DNA of 61,082 nt, filler included, from Jimgerdemannia flammicorona (lineage: Eukaryota): NCBI GenBank assembly GCA_003990765.1. It is 3 parts of 3 records of this genome, joined end to end, with 100 filler letters (N's around TTAATTAATTAA, not from the genome) between each part and the next. Parts side by side here need not be neighbours in the genome. Positions count along the whole stretch, not along the records: positions 40,792 to 61,082 come from RBNJ01001716.1; 2 more parts are not named here. The stretch is one strand, 5' to 3'. A program made the position numbers and the translations under genes. Numbering within the stretch: position 1 is the first letter of the stretch; every line of letters starts with the position of its first letter. Below are positions 45,850-59,800 of this stretch, piece after piece. Below the pieces are notes generated by a model, which was not told the origin of the DNA, made no database searches, and saw nothing but the letters and a program-made list of their open reading frames with translations.

Positions 45850-46900
45850 GATTGAAGAAGAGAATACATACTACCAGATTCAGTATTACTAATCAGGATA
45901 TTATTGATCCAATGATCTTTATGAATAGAATCTCTCTCAAATTACTCAGTATATTCTCACTCTTAATATTAAGAAACCTAATGAATAAGAAGATGCAGCC
46001 AAAGGATACTTTAATCTCAAGTAAGGGGTCTCTTGGAATGACAACAAGAAAGAAGACAAGAAAGATCTCTTGGTTAAGACCCTCTAAAAAATCCTTCAAG
46101 AAAACTCAAGAGAGAAAGAAACTATAAAAAAATAGAGAAAGAATTAGAATAAAATCTAAGACCTTAGCTCTAAACTAGACTGATTAATTGGACAAGTTGA
46201 AAAAAAATAGGAGCTATCTACAAGACAACAGGAGTTATATACTATAAAGAAACTAAGACTATCTATTCAGAGAAAATAGGAGCTATCACCTATAAGAAGA
46301 AATAATATATCTACTCAGAGATAAGGCCCAGATTCAATACTTTTACTACAGATAGTTCAGACATTATACCACAGAGTATGATAACAGAAAAGATTATTAA
46401 AGAGACTCAGAACTACTAAACTGAAAGTATATAACACAGTACAAGAAGACTGAAGCTCACTCTATAGAAGACTATGAGAAATGTGATAGGGAAGACTACA
46501 GTGACCTAGACTTATACTCAACTAGATTTTTTCTAAGAAAACAATCTACACTACAGAGAAAAGAAAGATAAATAAAGACAGACTAGTCATAAGATCAAAA
46601 GAAGAATGATCCAGAAAGTGAAGATCAGATTGATGTACCTTCTCACTCTTCTTCTTAGAACTGACAAACCACTACTAGAATCTGAGGATAAAGAAATAAA
46701 ATAGAAGAAATAAGAGTCAATAACTTCAAACTCAAGAAGAAGTATATCTCAATGATCATACTCTGAGATATCTATAATAAAGTATAGAAGAGGATTCAGA
46801 AAGCTAAGATAGAAGTTTCTCTCTTATAATTCTTATAGTTGATATCTGCAGGAGCTCAAAACAAAATATTGAGAATTATCAGATCCAGTACTAGCCAAGT
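45850..46900 (+). pseudogene. Highly decayed gypsy gag remnant
   Basis: Decayed zinc knuckle (YEKCDREDYSDLD, ~46474-46512), an acidic/basic spacer and an IEVSLL*FL motif in the position seen in the 7572 gag. Confidence 0.4.
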
Positions 46901-47439
46901 TCTAATCTCACAACAATACCTGTACTAATTATTATTCAGATTGTAGAAAGGTATATCAGTATATATATAGAAGAAGTATTAATATTTACTAGAGATAAGT
47001 AATCTCATATATATAACAGATCCTTTTTCAAGTCTCTCCAGTAGTCTTACAATATTTCTCTTAGTAAAATCTATAGTAAAAATATCTATATAGAATTCAT
47101 ATTTTCTTTCTATAAAGTACTTATAATCCATCTGAACTCCACTCTCAATTAATAGTAGAACTATCATATAAGACTTGTAAGTATATATCTATATATCAGA
47201 CTTGTAAGCCAGACTTATAAGTATATATATATTCCAATATCAGAATTGTAAGCCTGGCTTATATCTATACTTATATATCATATTAACTTATATATTATAT
47301 TAGCTTATATATCATATTGGCTTGCACATCATATCTTTTTTTTTTTTTTTATTTTTTTTGGTCTTTTTTTTTTTTTTTTTTTTTTTTATAGTCTCATGGA
47401 CTGCCCTTTATTACCGATATCTATAGTGTTAACAAAATA

Positions 47440-50400
47440 GTGTCACCCACCCCCTCAACCAATACCCCAGGGGCCCAACCCCCCTCCCTCAACCTCCTCC
47501 TGCCCAAGCACCACCCGATTGCCCACTACCCGAACCCTCCCACCACTTTTCTGGGAGATACACTGTACCAAACCCTTGCAGTACCCCCCACCCATACCCC
47601 AACCCCACCACCAGCTATTTAAAATGTCCAACAGTAACCATTCCCACCATGCCACCTTTTCACCAACCCCAACCCGATGCCCGTCCTCAAATACATGCAC
47701 CCAATGCCCCGCCAACCCAACCCACTAGCCAAGGCCCAGCCAAGGGTCAGCCATTCGTCCCCGACCCCACCCACTAATTGCTGGTAAAGCTCTCCCCATC
47801 TCCCCCCTCCCTCCCCTCCCCCAGCCCCCAACTCTAGCCTGTCCATTATATATCTCCAAAACTCCCCCAAAATCTTGCACTCGCCAAGCCAATGTTCAGA
47901 TGTTTGTACCACTCCTCCCTCCTGACCAACATTGAAACAATCCTTGCACTCAAATACTCCACTGTCCACCAAGTGACCCGACCGATAGTTCAGCATCATA
48001 TTTTGCTATAGGATCCGCCACCACACCAACCAGAACTTGGGGGGTAGCCACTGCCTCACCCATTTGCTCCAAAGCCAGAGCCCATTCCAATCCCACTCTT
48101 CCCCGATTCCAACCCTCTGCCAAGCTTCAGGCCACAGGTCTCTACCTAGACCTCACAGGTACTCCAGACCCTCGCCAAGCCGAAAGTCCTCTACCAGAAT
48201 ACCACCCAAAAGAAGTCTGTCCCATCTCCACATCTGTGGTCCCCAAACCTTCTCAGCCTCGTCACCTCGCCACCGAAGGCCAATTTTCCTAGCACCATCT
48301 ACTGCTCCCCACCAAAACCCTGTAAACTGCATCCTCTGGCTCCCTTCCATGGCCACCATTGCAAGCAGTCGCCGGAGCCACCACGTGGGGAGTATCGAAC
48401 CTCCCACAACCTCTGCATGAGTGGCACCCACTCCTGACCTCTAAGCTCACTCGCCCTTCTTAGCCACCAGGCCCTCAGACACAAAAGCTGCTTAGTAAAG
48501 TCCACTAAGCCCAGTCTACCTCTTTCCAAGGGCAGTGTGAGTACCTCCCAACCAACATGACTCCACTGCCCTCCCCAAATCCACGACCTTGCCATCTTCA
48601 ACAACCCCTTAACCACCCACGGTGGGAAATCCAAATAATATCCAATATACCACAGCTTTGGCATCCAGTACACATTCAACACCATCACCCTTCCGGCAAG
48701 AGACATATGCTGGCCTCCGCATCGCATCAAGACATCGCCCCACTCCAGCAGTTTACAGTCCCACCATGCCCGGGGAAGAAGAGATCTGAACACTGAGAAG
48801 TAGATCCCCAAGTAGTGCACTGGTTCACCAGCTGGAACCACTGTTCCAATAACATTGCCACCTACAATTCCAGTGCCCAGCACCAGCATCTCGCATTTGT
48901 GCCAGTTCAGCTTAGCACCAGAACCCCGCTCATACCATTCCACTGTCCTCTGCAACTCTCCAACATCCCCCAAGGATCCCAGTCCAACCACCATATCATC
49001 GGCAAAGGCTCCCACCTTCCAGTTCACCCCTAAAATGTCCAAACCTCCAATCTTACGCTGAATCCTGTCCAGTAGTGGCTCTAGAGAAAGGGCATATAAT
49101 ATGGGTGACAAGGGGTCCCCTTGTGGCACCCCATGGCCCAGGGGGAAGGTCACCCCCCAGTGGCCATTGATGACCAATGCCACCTGACTGTCCTCCAAGA
49201 GGCTGATCAATGAACCTCGGAACCCTGGGGGGATACCAATCTGCTTCAGCACTCCCTCCAGCCATATTCTCCACACTCTATCATAAGCCTTCTCCTGGTC
49301 CCGAAATACCAATCTGCCATCCACTCCTGTAGCCCGGGCACCTTCAATCACTCCATGAACCCAGGCTGTCCCATCTCGAATCAACCAACCACCTACAAAC
49401 CCACGTTGCTCCAAACCAAGCACCTGCTGTGCGATCCCTTGCAACCGCAACACCAAGATCTTTGTCACCAGTTTGCGGTCCATGTCCAGAAGCATGATTG
49501 GCCGCCAGTTCTTCCAATCCTCCCTCCTGCCCTTGTTCTTACATAGCAAGGAGACCAGCCCCAAGCACTGTTCCCCAATCCAGGCACCAGACCGAAGAAC
49601 CTCATCATACATAGCCATCATTTCCTCTAGTACCTCACGCACCCCCGTCATCTTCTGTCAAAAATCCCAGGGGAGTCCATCCTCTCCCGGGGCTATCCCC
49701 TTACTTGTAGAGTCCACCACCTTACAAATCTCCTCGCCACTCACCGGGTCCCCCAATGCCCCAAGTCCCATGGAAGGGTCCAGGTGCCAATCCCCCAGCT
49801 GTCTTTCAATGTCCAGAGCATCCAGTCCCCCTTCATCCTCACTCCAAAGGTTCCCCCACTGGGATCGCAACAGGTCCAAGATCGCCAGGGTCCCCACCAC
49901 CAGCTTGCCATTCTCATCCAAAACTCTCTTCCACTGCTACCTCGTTCATCATGCTTGTAACAACCGCGACAAGAACCTGGTAGGTCTCTCCCCTTCCTCC
50001 AGCCCCTGCCATCGCAAGCAGGCCACCATCCCCTGCAACTGCTCCTCTTCCTCCCTCTGTAGCACCCCTTTGAGCTCCTCCACCTCCTGCCGGATCCTCG
50101 CAATATGCCAATCAGCCTCGGCCCTATCCTCCAGTATACCCACCCATCTCCCCATGAGCACCACCAAATGCTGTGAGGCCCACATCACCCGCTGCCTTCA
50201 CTGAGCACTCTTTCCTTTCCCTGCTTCCCTCCAATATCCCTGAGCCTTTGTCTTCAACCTTCTCCAGCAGTCCCCAATTGCCAGTCCTTGATCCCACCAC
50301 CTGCCGATAACGCCAACCACCTCTGTTTCCCAACCCTCCCATAATGCCCTATCCTCCAACAAGGAAGAATTTAGCCACCAATGTCTGGGCCCATCCTCAT

Positions 50401-51115
50401 TTCCCCCAAACCTCCCCCCTCCAAGCAACCCCCAGTGATCAGACCATGGACACCATACGACTTCCAGCACTGTCCAGACATCCGCTCCCCAACACTCTGC
50501 TGTTAGAACCCAGTCAATTCTAGAGCCCCATCCTGCTGCCCAATGGGTATACACCTGCTGATCAGCCCAAAAATGTCTCCCTGAGTCCACTAAAGAACAC
50601 AACCTTTCCATCTCCAACCAGTCCACCAACCCACCACTTTCACCTCGCATGCCTCTCTCTCCATCAGTTCTGTCCAACTCCTTATCCCATACCATGTTGA
50701 AGTCCCCCCCCAGACAGTCAAACCCAGCTTCTCCCAATAAACTAGCCTCTTTCAATCTGCGAATCCAATCCACCCTCTCCCCTCTCTCAGCCAGGCAGTA
50801 ACAAGACCCAACCATCAGCGAGCCCCATCCAGGCATCTTCCATACTCCCCACACCACCCGCGACCCCCAATGTCCAATGTCCCCAATGTCCCCCATCCCT
50901 TTCCGAACAAGAATACCCACTTTCCCCCTCCAAACTACTGTACCCCCCCATTCCTTAGTCTAATCCTGTAAATCCACATCTGCATCATACCGAACATTCT
51001 GTAACAAGAAGAGGTCCGCATCCAGACCCCGAAGCCAACCAAAGATGTACTTCCTCCTAACCACCCCCCATAACCCATTAATGTTCAATGAGAATATCCT
51101 AGTTGTACTGTTCAT
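47440..51115 (-). pseudogene. LINE ORF2: APE, RT and CCHC
   Basis: MNSTTRIFSLNINGL, GGDFN, SDHW, WRPIMLLD, DQEKAYDRV, GVPQGDPLSP, AFADD, CKDC..EHWLGEC. Confidence 0.92.
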
Positions 51116-51146
51116 ATTGAATAGATATTGTAGAAGGGACCTCAAC

Positions 51147-53062
51147 CTATAATTCCATGCTTATCTCATCCCTCGCCAAGTCCAAGAGCCGCTCAGCTTC
51201 CAATTTGCCCTCCACAATATCCTGAGCATCCAGTGCCCCCAAGATTTCCTGACACTCCACCCTGTCCACCTCCTCCATATCTGCCCTGTAATCCAAGCAG
51301 ACTGCACACCACTTCTCTAATCCCTTCCTCAAGTTCCACAAGATAAGTGCCCTGTCACTCGCAATCCTTCTAAGCTCCTCCTCTCACTGATCATCAACCT
51401 GATACTCAACTGACTTCAGGAGGACAGCCAGGATCTCATTCCTCATCTTCCTCGGCACCTCTTCCCCATGTAGAATCTCCTCCCAATGCCTCTCCTCCAT
51501 CACCCAGAAGTCCTCACCTCCCAGCTCTTCAGCTGCTACCCCTTCTAGGGTCTTCCACATCCACTTCTCCTCATCCACCACCTCTGCCGCCCCCTGAGCA
51601 ATTTGTCCCCCATCCACCTCAGGGTCCACCAGTGTGCTCCTCCTCACTGACTCATCCCACTCCTCATCCGGCACATCCATCAGCTCCTCCTCGCCTCCTG
51701 CCCCAATCGGAACACTATACTGAGGGCGCCCACCTTCACCCATTTCGGCATCCACCTCCAAGTTAACCTCCCTCTCCTCCCCGACTCCAATCCGAGCCCT
51801 ACCCTGGGCCATCTCTCCCCCTTCCACCCAGGCACTCTCCTGCAACCCTGCAGCCCTCTCCCAGGAGCTTCCACCAGCCCTACCCCCACCCAACTTCGCC
51901 AACAACTCCTTCTGAATCCTCCTCCCCTGCATCTTCTCCCAGGCCCCCTTCTCCATCCGAACCCTCTTCCCATCCACCTCCCCCACCACCATCCTGGCCT
52001 CAAACTCCTTCCAGGCTAATCTCCTCCTTGCAACTGCCCCTTCCAGGTCCTCTAGAGCCTCCAACAAGTCCTCCTCCTCCTCCTGAGTCCCCTTCACCCT
52101 AGTGACCTTACACTCCACTGGTCCCCACCTCAGCACTACTGGCCAGTCCCTCGACTTCCCCGTATTCTCCTTTCCAGCCAGCCTCACCCTGACATTGACG
52201 TCCCCAGTTCTAAGCTCTGTGCCCTCCCAGACCTTGAACCCAACATCCACAATCTCACCATACTCCTTGATCGCCTCCACAACCAACTCCCTGGTCCTTT
52301 CCTTTGACACCATAGGGAGGTCCAACACTGTCAACTGCACTACCCGGGGGTCCCAGCACATACACCGGGCCATAGGGACCACAACCCCACCAACTATCAC
52401 CCCCTTCTCCATGGCTGCCAACAAGGCATCTTCCTCCTCAAACCCCACCTCAACCCCTTCCTTTCCCCTCAAGAACTTCACCGATGCTGCTCCCTTAACC
52501 TCCTGCACCACCAGCCCCAAAATCATCCTCACCATCACTGCCAAGCACCAGAAGCACATTGTGACCATGAATTCGGACCTTGACTTCTTAAGTAATGGGG
52601 CCGACACTATGCCCATCACCCCATCCGCCAGGTCCCCGGCCTCGTGCCCACTCCAAGTCCAGAATTGCCAACTGCCATCACATCTGGATTTTTTGCCAGA
52701 TCCCCAGTCACAGCCCCATCAACAGTCACATCTCCAGCCCCTACTCCGGCCCCTTCCCCACCACCAGAAGTACACTGGGGTGCACCTCCCTGACCCCCAG
52801 CAGCAGCCATCGACGCCTTCCCCAGGCCCAGCCAACTATCCAGTCCAGAAGCCATCTTCCCCATCCTGACCTTGTTAGCAAAGGTCGACCTCTCCCCTCC
52901 TTGCTGCCTCAGACCTCCCCTCCCTCCACCGCTGGGGCCTCAGCTAGCCATCAAGGCCCCTGGCATTCCCAAACCATCTCCCCTCCTCCCCACCTGCTGC
53001 CAGCCAAAGGCGCCGTCACCCCCCTGGCCAGTATGCTCACCAGATCAATTGTTGCTGTCCAT
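51147..53062 (-). pseudogene. LINE ORF1
   Basis: 411-aa open core at 51384-52619, homologous to ORF1 of the first LINE. Confidence 0.78.
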
Positions 53063-53160
53063 GTTGTTAGTCATTGGACACCAAAAACGTTGTAAAAAGT
53101 GTTGTCTGAGTCTTGTGTCACCCGAATGTTACTGGTGAAAGGTGGCTTGCACATCATATC

Positions 53161-55405
53161 AACTTATCAGGCTTATAAGTACAAAGCTTACAAAGTCTGG
53201 CTTATACTTAAAACTTTTGCCTTAATTCTACTTACAAATGTTGCTCAAATATTACTTACAAACCTTACTCAAACATCACTTATAAATACTACAAATCATG
53301 CTCCAACATTGCTGCAAATCTTACTCAAATTAGTACTTATACTTGCTACTATTAATCAATTTTTGGCCACTATATCTTATACTGCCCCCAAGCTCACTTT
53401 CTACTCTCTAGATCACTGCTCTCCATCTTACTACCCTCTAGCTCACTAACTCTTATTCTAGGCCCAATAGGTCCTGGCTCTCCAGTATCAGCCTCACTGC
53501 TTACTATATTTAACTTTCTGTCCCCCAGCTCACTCCTTATCCTCCAGCTCATTTTCCATCTCTCAGCTCATTATTCTCTAGCTTACTGCTCTCTAGCTTA
53601 CTGTTCTCCAGCTTACTACTCTCTAGCTTACCACTTTCCAGCTCCTGGCACCCTGTCAACTTCTAGTCCCCACCATCATCAAGTGCTTTTCAAAGTATCT
53701 AAAGATTAAAAACTAGATTTGGAAGAAATTTTGAAAGAACTATTAGATAATATATCAGAGAATACATTAGATATCTCTACTAGTTTATTATCACTAATAA
53801 GTATGAGAAAAATAAAATAAAAACAAAACCTAGTAATAGCTGGATATGGAATTATACTATAAAAGTAGTTTTATAATAGTACTAATGGTTGTAGTTATAA
53901 GAGTAGTCAGTTAAAAGAGTAGTTGGTTATAAGCATAATTTTTCATAAGTATGGTTATAATAAATATATATAATTAAGATTTTAATAGTTTTATATATAT
54001 CTATTCCAATAGAATTTACAAAGCAAGCTTATCAGTTATAATCATTATATAACTTAGTACTATATATTGAAGAATAGCAATATTAATAATCTTAAATAAT
54101 ATCTCTGAAAGCATCACAATGCTATACTCTTATCTCTCCAGCCAGCTGAGAATCCTTGCTGGTCTAAGAAAGATGACATTGTGAGTATAAATGGAATGAA
54201 ATTTAGAAAATACTTAGAAGATTATTAGAAATTTATTTGAATAATGAAAAATTATCAATTTATTAAATTTTATTATTATAAATAGAAATACAGTAGTAAG
54301 ATCTTAAGTAATGAGAACTTCTATTAGTTAATTGCCAACTTTATTATTACTATATATCAGTTATTCTCTACTATTAAAACTCTGGCTTTAAGTATCTTCT
54401 TTACATATTATACTCTGATCTGATCCTTTCATCAGCTAATATAATTATGTGAGTTATTCAAAAGAAATTTAAACTATTGTAAACTCAAGTAAAAGTAGGG
54501 CTAGCTGAGCTCAAGTCAAAGGTATCACTTATACTTAATTATTAGACATTAGATATTAATACTATGGTATTTTTTAGAATAACAGTTAATTAAATTGATA
54601 GTAATTAGAGGATGTATAATATTATCCAAAACTTTGTAAATATTAACAAAATGATACACATAAGTATCAATCTTGTAAAGAGTCTAGAGCTGGTAATATA
54701 TAATTTGTTGTCTAGTAATAATCAAATTATTACTATTATGTATAATAATATTAGTAACAATAATACTTTATTTGAGAATCTCTACTATTCACTTACTTAT
54801 ATATATTATTTCTGATATATATTGAATCTTATTACTTATGATGCTTTTTGTTTCATTAATAAGTCTATTGGAAAGCTATATAAGTTGATAAAAAAGATCA
54901 AAAATTCAGTACAATGACAAGCAGAACTGATTTAGGTCTGTGAATCCTCTAGAGTTCCCACTCTGAAGCCTCTCTTAGATATTATGATAAAATAGAGTTC
55001 TATGTATAAGATTTTAAACCTATTTGCATAGATTTTGGATTTGATTATGAATATAATTCAGAAATACTTTAGTATTAATCTATTGATATTATATCCAAAC
55101 AGAGTTTAGATATATTATATACTATGGATAAGTAACTGAGCAATATATATATCTGAAGATATATGGTAACAATTTGAATTAATTTGCCAATTTCTCAAGT
55201 CTTTTGTCCTGATGATAACTATAATGTCAACTTTGAAGTATCTTACAATAGTGTCTGTTATTTTATTATTTAATCAGCTTTGTAATCATCTTGAAGATAT
55301 TATTAATAAATATTGAACTAGTGATCATTTTAATTAAATATATATGATTTTGAAACTATTTGATTTATAAATTTAGGAACTAATTTAGAAAGTAATTGAG
55401 AAGTA

Positions 55406-55437
<32 letters not shown>

Positions 55438-56477
55438 TTTTTTTTTTTATAGACAATAGTTACCACTACTGAGAATGTACATATGAAACTTCTAAAGTAT
55501 TATTGCAAGACAACACTATTATACAGTATAATCTTGACCTTAGATGTATATATCAATATTCATTATTTCTACTATAAAAAATAGATAAAATTCTTAATTG
55601 ATAAGTAGAAAAATCAGATAGAATATATTTGAAAAATAGATTATAAATCTATCAATGCTACTAATATATCTCCAATATCTCATGATTCTGATGATTTTAT
55701 CAACTTAATCTATAAGAAGAAACAATATATTGATATAAATAATATACTTAAATAGTGAGTATTATTATTGTTATTTTTATATTTTATTTACTTAATTGAT
55801 TTTTACTTATATATATCTCTGTTTCAATTATTTGTCAGAGAATTCAGCTAATTCTCAAATAGATATACTAGATTAGTAGTAGTGAAATAAGTTATTATAT
55901 TCTAATTTTTTATAAATTCAGTAATATCTATTCTATCTGAATATATTTTTTCTATTACTGGTGAGCTGATAACTGAGTATTGAAATAGCTTATTATAGAT
56001 ATAATTTATGCATACATATATTTAGATTCTTATAGTCTTTAGATATTTTTTACTTTCAATTGCTCTAAATATTTTCTATTATTATACAAATATTTTCAAA
56101 ATTATTTTTTCAGAGCAGAGTTCAGAGTAAAGTTCAGAATTGAGTTCAGAGTTGAGTTCAGAGATTGAGTTCAGAGTTGAGTTCAAAGTTCAGATTTAGA
56201 GTTAGATTAAGAGTAAATAATAGATCAGAATAAAGATAAGTTATATTTTTTCTCAGGTTAGATTAAAGATGGGTCATATTTTTCTTAAGTTGGGTTAAAG
56301 ATGGGTTACATTTTTTCTCAGGTCAGATTAAAGATAGGTCATATTTTTTTTTAGATTAGATCAAAGATAGGTCATATTTTTTCTTGAATCAGATTAAAGA
56401 TAGATTATATATTATCTCAGGTTAGCTGTTTTTTGTATTGAGTTTTTAGTTCATTAGGTTGGATTTATGGAGCACTA
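53161..56477 (+). mobile_element. Heavily decayed hAT transposon (transposase remnant ~54400-56030)
   Basis: Decayed hAT motifs: (H)ILNL ~54820, LD..TRWNST-like ~54975, LD(P)R ~55535, PATSVPSERIFS-like ~55920-55960. Subterminal repeats and a GAGCACTA terminus. Confidence 0.7.
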
Positions 56478-56980
56478 CTCCTATATTTCAATTTACCTAC
56501 AGAATTATCAACCTATTTACCCTATACCTTATCCTGTCCAGCAAGGGTTCTAAAGAGAGAGTATAGAGGATAGACGACAATAGATCACTCTGGGGCACTC
56601 CTCTGCCTAAGAAGAACAAAGCCCCCCTATAACTATTAATCAAAATAACTGTTCTGCACACCTTTAATAGACTGATCAAGGACTGCCTAAAGCATAGAGG
56701 AATACTAATACATTTTAGCACTCTATCTAACCATATCCTCCTCTCTCAGTTACATATCTTCTTCTAGTCCAAAAAAACCAATTATCTATCAATCTCTCAA
56801 GCCCTAATCCCTTCAATAATACTATAGATTCAGGCTGTCCTATTCTGAATCAGATACCATCTAACAAAGCTCTATTGTTTCTTACTCAATATTCTTTGTA
56901 CTATATACTACAACTAGATAATAATAATCTTTATGACCAGCTTTCAATATATGTCCAGCAGTATGATTGAGTACTAATTC
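56478..56980 (-). mobile_element. Decayed L1 RT fragment
   Basis: LGRGVPQSDLLS...LSLEPLLDRIR. Confidence 0.8.
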
Positions 56981-57014
56981 TTAGTACTCTCAATGAATCA
57001 AATCAAATCAAATT

Positions 57015-59800
57015 TAACCCAAAGTCCTTTTCTAGACTTGTTCTAGATATTTAGGATTTTTCTTATTTTAGAAAGTTCAAGACACTAAGACCAGCTTAGT
57101 TGAATCAGCATATCACTATAGATAATACTCAATTATCAAATTTCTATATCTAGTTAGGAGTAGGACCTAATATAGTATAAGTTTACTTAAAGTGGTTTGT
57201 AGATTATTAAATAGATTTATTTGTTATTTATAATATTATTTTTTTAGCTAATACTAGGAGTTGTGTGTGAAGAGATATTTGTCGAGAAGTATTTATCTGA
57301 TTCTTATCAGTATTCTTGTCTATTTATATCTGAGTTTCTGAGATCTAAAGGAGGGGGTATTTGTACTAATAGGAGGCTATCTGGACTATGCTAAATATGA
57401 GTATAGTACTTTAGTACTTAATGAGTCAGTATACAGTCATATAGTACAAATATGAACTAATATATCAAAAGATTGACAAACTGCTAAGTTAGTATACAGA
57501 TGTATATATAAAGCTATTCTAACTATACTAATGACTGCTAAGCTATTTATAAGTTTTGATACTATCTAGATACTCTTTGATAAGGTCGCCATTGATAATA
57601 TCATCTCTGATAAAGTAGTTATCTAAGAAGAGTAATTCTTGGATTATACAGTGAGGGACAAAAATAGACCAATGTTATATTGTTATATTTTTAAAAATTT
57701 ATTATAATTTAAATATAAATATTATTTAATTTATATTTTAACCAATAATAAAGTATTCTTATATCTTTTATCAAATCGCCATCTGACATAAGGATTGGAC
57801 CGTCGACGACTGGAAACGGGTTATATTCTCAGATGAGACAAAGATTAACCATTTGGGCTCCGACGGATGATCGTGGGTGTGGAAAAAAAAAGGGGCAAAG
57901 ACGCTTGAGCCATATCACGTGAGCGGCACTGTCAAATTCGGAGGTGGGTCGTTGATGTTTTAGGGATGTATGACGAGCCACAGAGTCGGATACGGGTGCT
58001 GAATCGTTGACAAAATGAATGCAGAGCTGTATACCAGCATTCTTCACGAAGAATTACAATAAACTATTGAATTTTATGGTATAGATAAAAAAAAAACGAT
58101 ATTTCAGCAAGATGGTGACTCCAAGCATACGTCCAAAATGGCGAAAGGTTGGCTTAAAGATAACAGATTTCAACTACTGGATTGGCCAGCACAATCACCC
58201 GATCTTAACCCTATTGAACATCTTTGGTGGCACTTGAAGAGTAAGCTGAATGCTTATGAGGAAGCACCCAAAGGAATTGAAGAGCTTTGAGAGAGGGTGA
58301 GGGAGGAATGGAATGAAATTTCAAAGGATGTTTGTATTAAATTGATAGAGAGTATGCCTAGGAGAGTTGTAGCAGTATTTAAAGCAAAGGGTGGTTATGT
58401 AAAATATTAAATAATAAAAATAAATTGGCTAAATCAATGGTGAGGAACAAAAATGGACCAATGATTAATTTAACTTTAAATAGTAATAACTTTATGATTA
58501 ATTAAAATATAAATTAAATAATATTTATATTTAAATTATAATAAATTTTTAAAAATATAACAATATAACATTGGTCCATTTTTGTCCCTCACTGTATCTT
58601 CCTGTTTGTTCATATAGTAGTATATTGGAATTAGATCACTATCATATAGAAAGGCATCATCTTTCTCATATGCTAGATATAGTATTAGTGAGTGGAGAAG
58701 AAGTGTATTGTCTTCACTTTCATCAGATTTACTATCTGCATATCTTTAGTAGATATAGTACTATATATTATAGAGTTGTAGTAAGCTAGCAGCTATTCAT
58801 ATTACTCTTACTTAGAAGATAGAGTTATTGTTCTATCTTCAGAGTTGTCTGGAGGTACAGGTTGTGTTCTCTGGTCTCTTTATTGTAATTAAAGTAGTTA
58901 GATATAAATGCAGATAGTGATCATTATCTCAATAGGTTACATATATAATTATAAACTATTATAAGTTTATTAGTAAAGTTAGTAGAGTGATCAGGTTTCT
59001 TGGCTGGAGATCATATTAGTATTAGAGAGATTGTTATCTTCTACTTCATTATTGTCAAACTAGATTATATTATAGATATCCTTTGTAGTATATCCAACTT
59101 GAGACATTTGCAAGATTTGGTCATCTTGATATAGGAATGGTCTGTCAGTAGTTTGGATATACTCAATATATTTGTGGTTGAGTTCTTGTACTATGTTATC
59201 AATTTGACCATAGATTAGAGTGATAATCATTTTAGTGATAGTAACTTAGTGATGGGAAATAAATATACTATACTTATAAAGGAGTTCTCAGTATTTGCAG
59301 ATGATAAGTTTCTGGTGTTGAGATATTTTGATAATATCTATATTATAGTAGTAGTTAACTATATCTTCTAGAAGGTGGCCAATCTGAGGGTAGCTTGAGA
59401 TTTGTCCAATTTGGTAAGTCTCACTAAGTATGTTCAGGACATTCTATCAGACTTTTATAAAGTAGAGAAGTCTAAGCTATGGATTTTCATATAGGGCAGG
59501 AGTGCAGTGGCTTAGTTAATAATAGTATTCTAAATATTAGCACAGATGTAGTTATAGACTTCAGTAGTCATGTCTGGGTATATATTTGAGAGTTGTGATT
59601 ATGATTTCAGTTTATTGTAGTTCTTCATTTTGATGTAATTCAGTATATATACTTTTGGTTCTGATTAGTGAGATTTTATTCTTATATATCTTATATTCTG
59701 TGACTTTGAGTTGACTCAGCTTTATGATCTTGTATGTGATTTCCAAATTTATTCTGAGGATAATGTATGATTTCAGTGACTTAAAGATTGTGTGCTTATG
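57015..59800 (-). mobile_element. Solo-LTR-like unit, copy 3 (one end truncated; contains the Tc1)
   Basis: Collinear with 16926-18794 and starts at the same (C/T)ATAAGCACACAATC terminus. Confidence 0.8.
57649..58594 (+). mobile_element. Tc1-family (DD34E-type) transposon, internally deleted, with a pseudogenised catalytic domain (~57800-58410)
   Basis: ~90-bp TIRs CAGTGAGGGACAAAAAT.../...ATTTTTGTCCCTCACTG and a TA TSD (empty site GGATTATATCTT at ~17517). Motifs VIFSDET, VKFGGGS, FQQDGDSKH, WPAQSPDLNPIEHLW. Confidence 0.95.

Larger units (their letters stand above)
47336..53142 (-). mobile_element. Full-length L1/Tx1-type LINE (5.8 kb)
   Basis: Poly(A) tail at 47336-47387 and 18-bp TSD TGGCTTGCACATCATATC (47318-47335 / 53143-53160). 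Confidence 0.95.
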
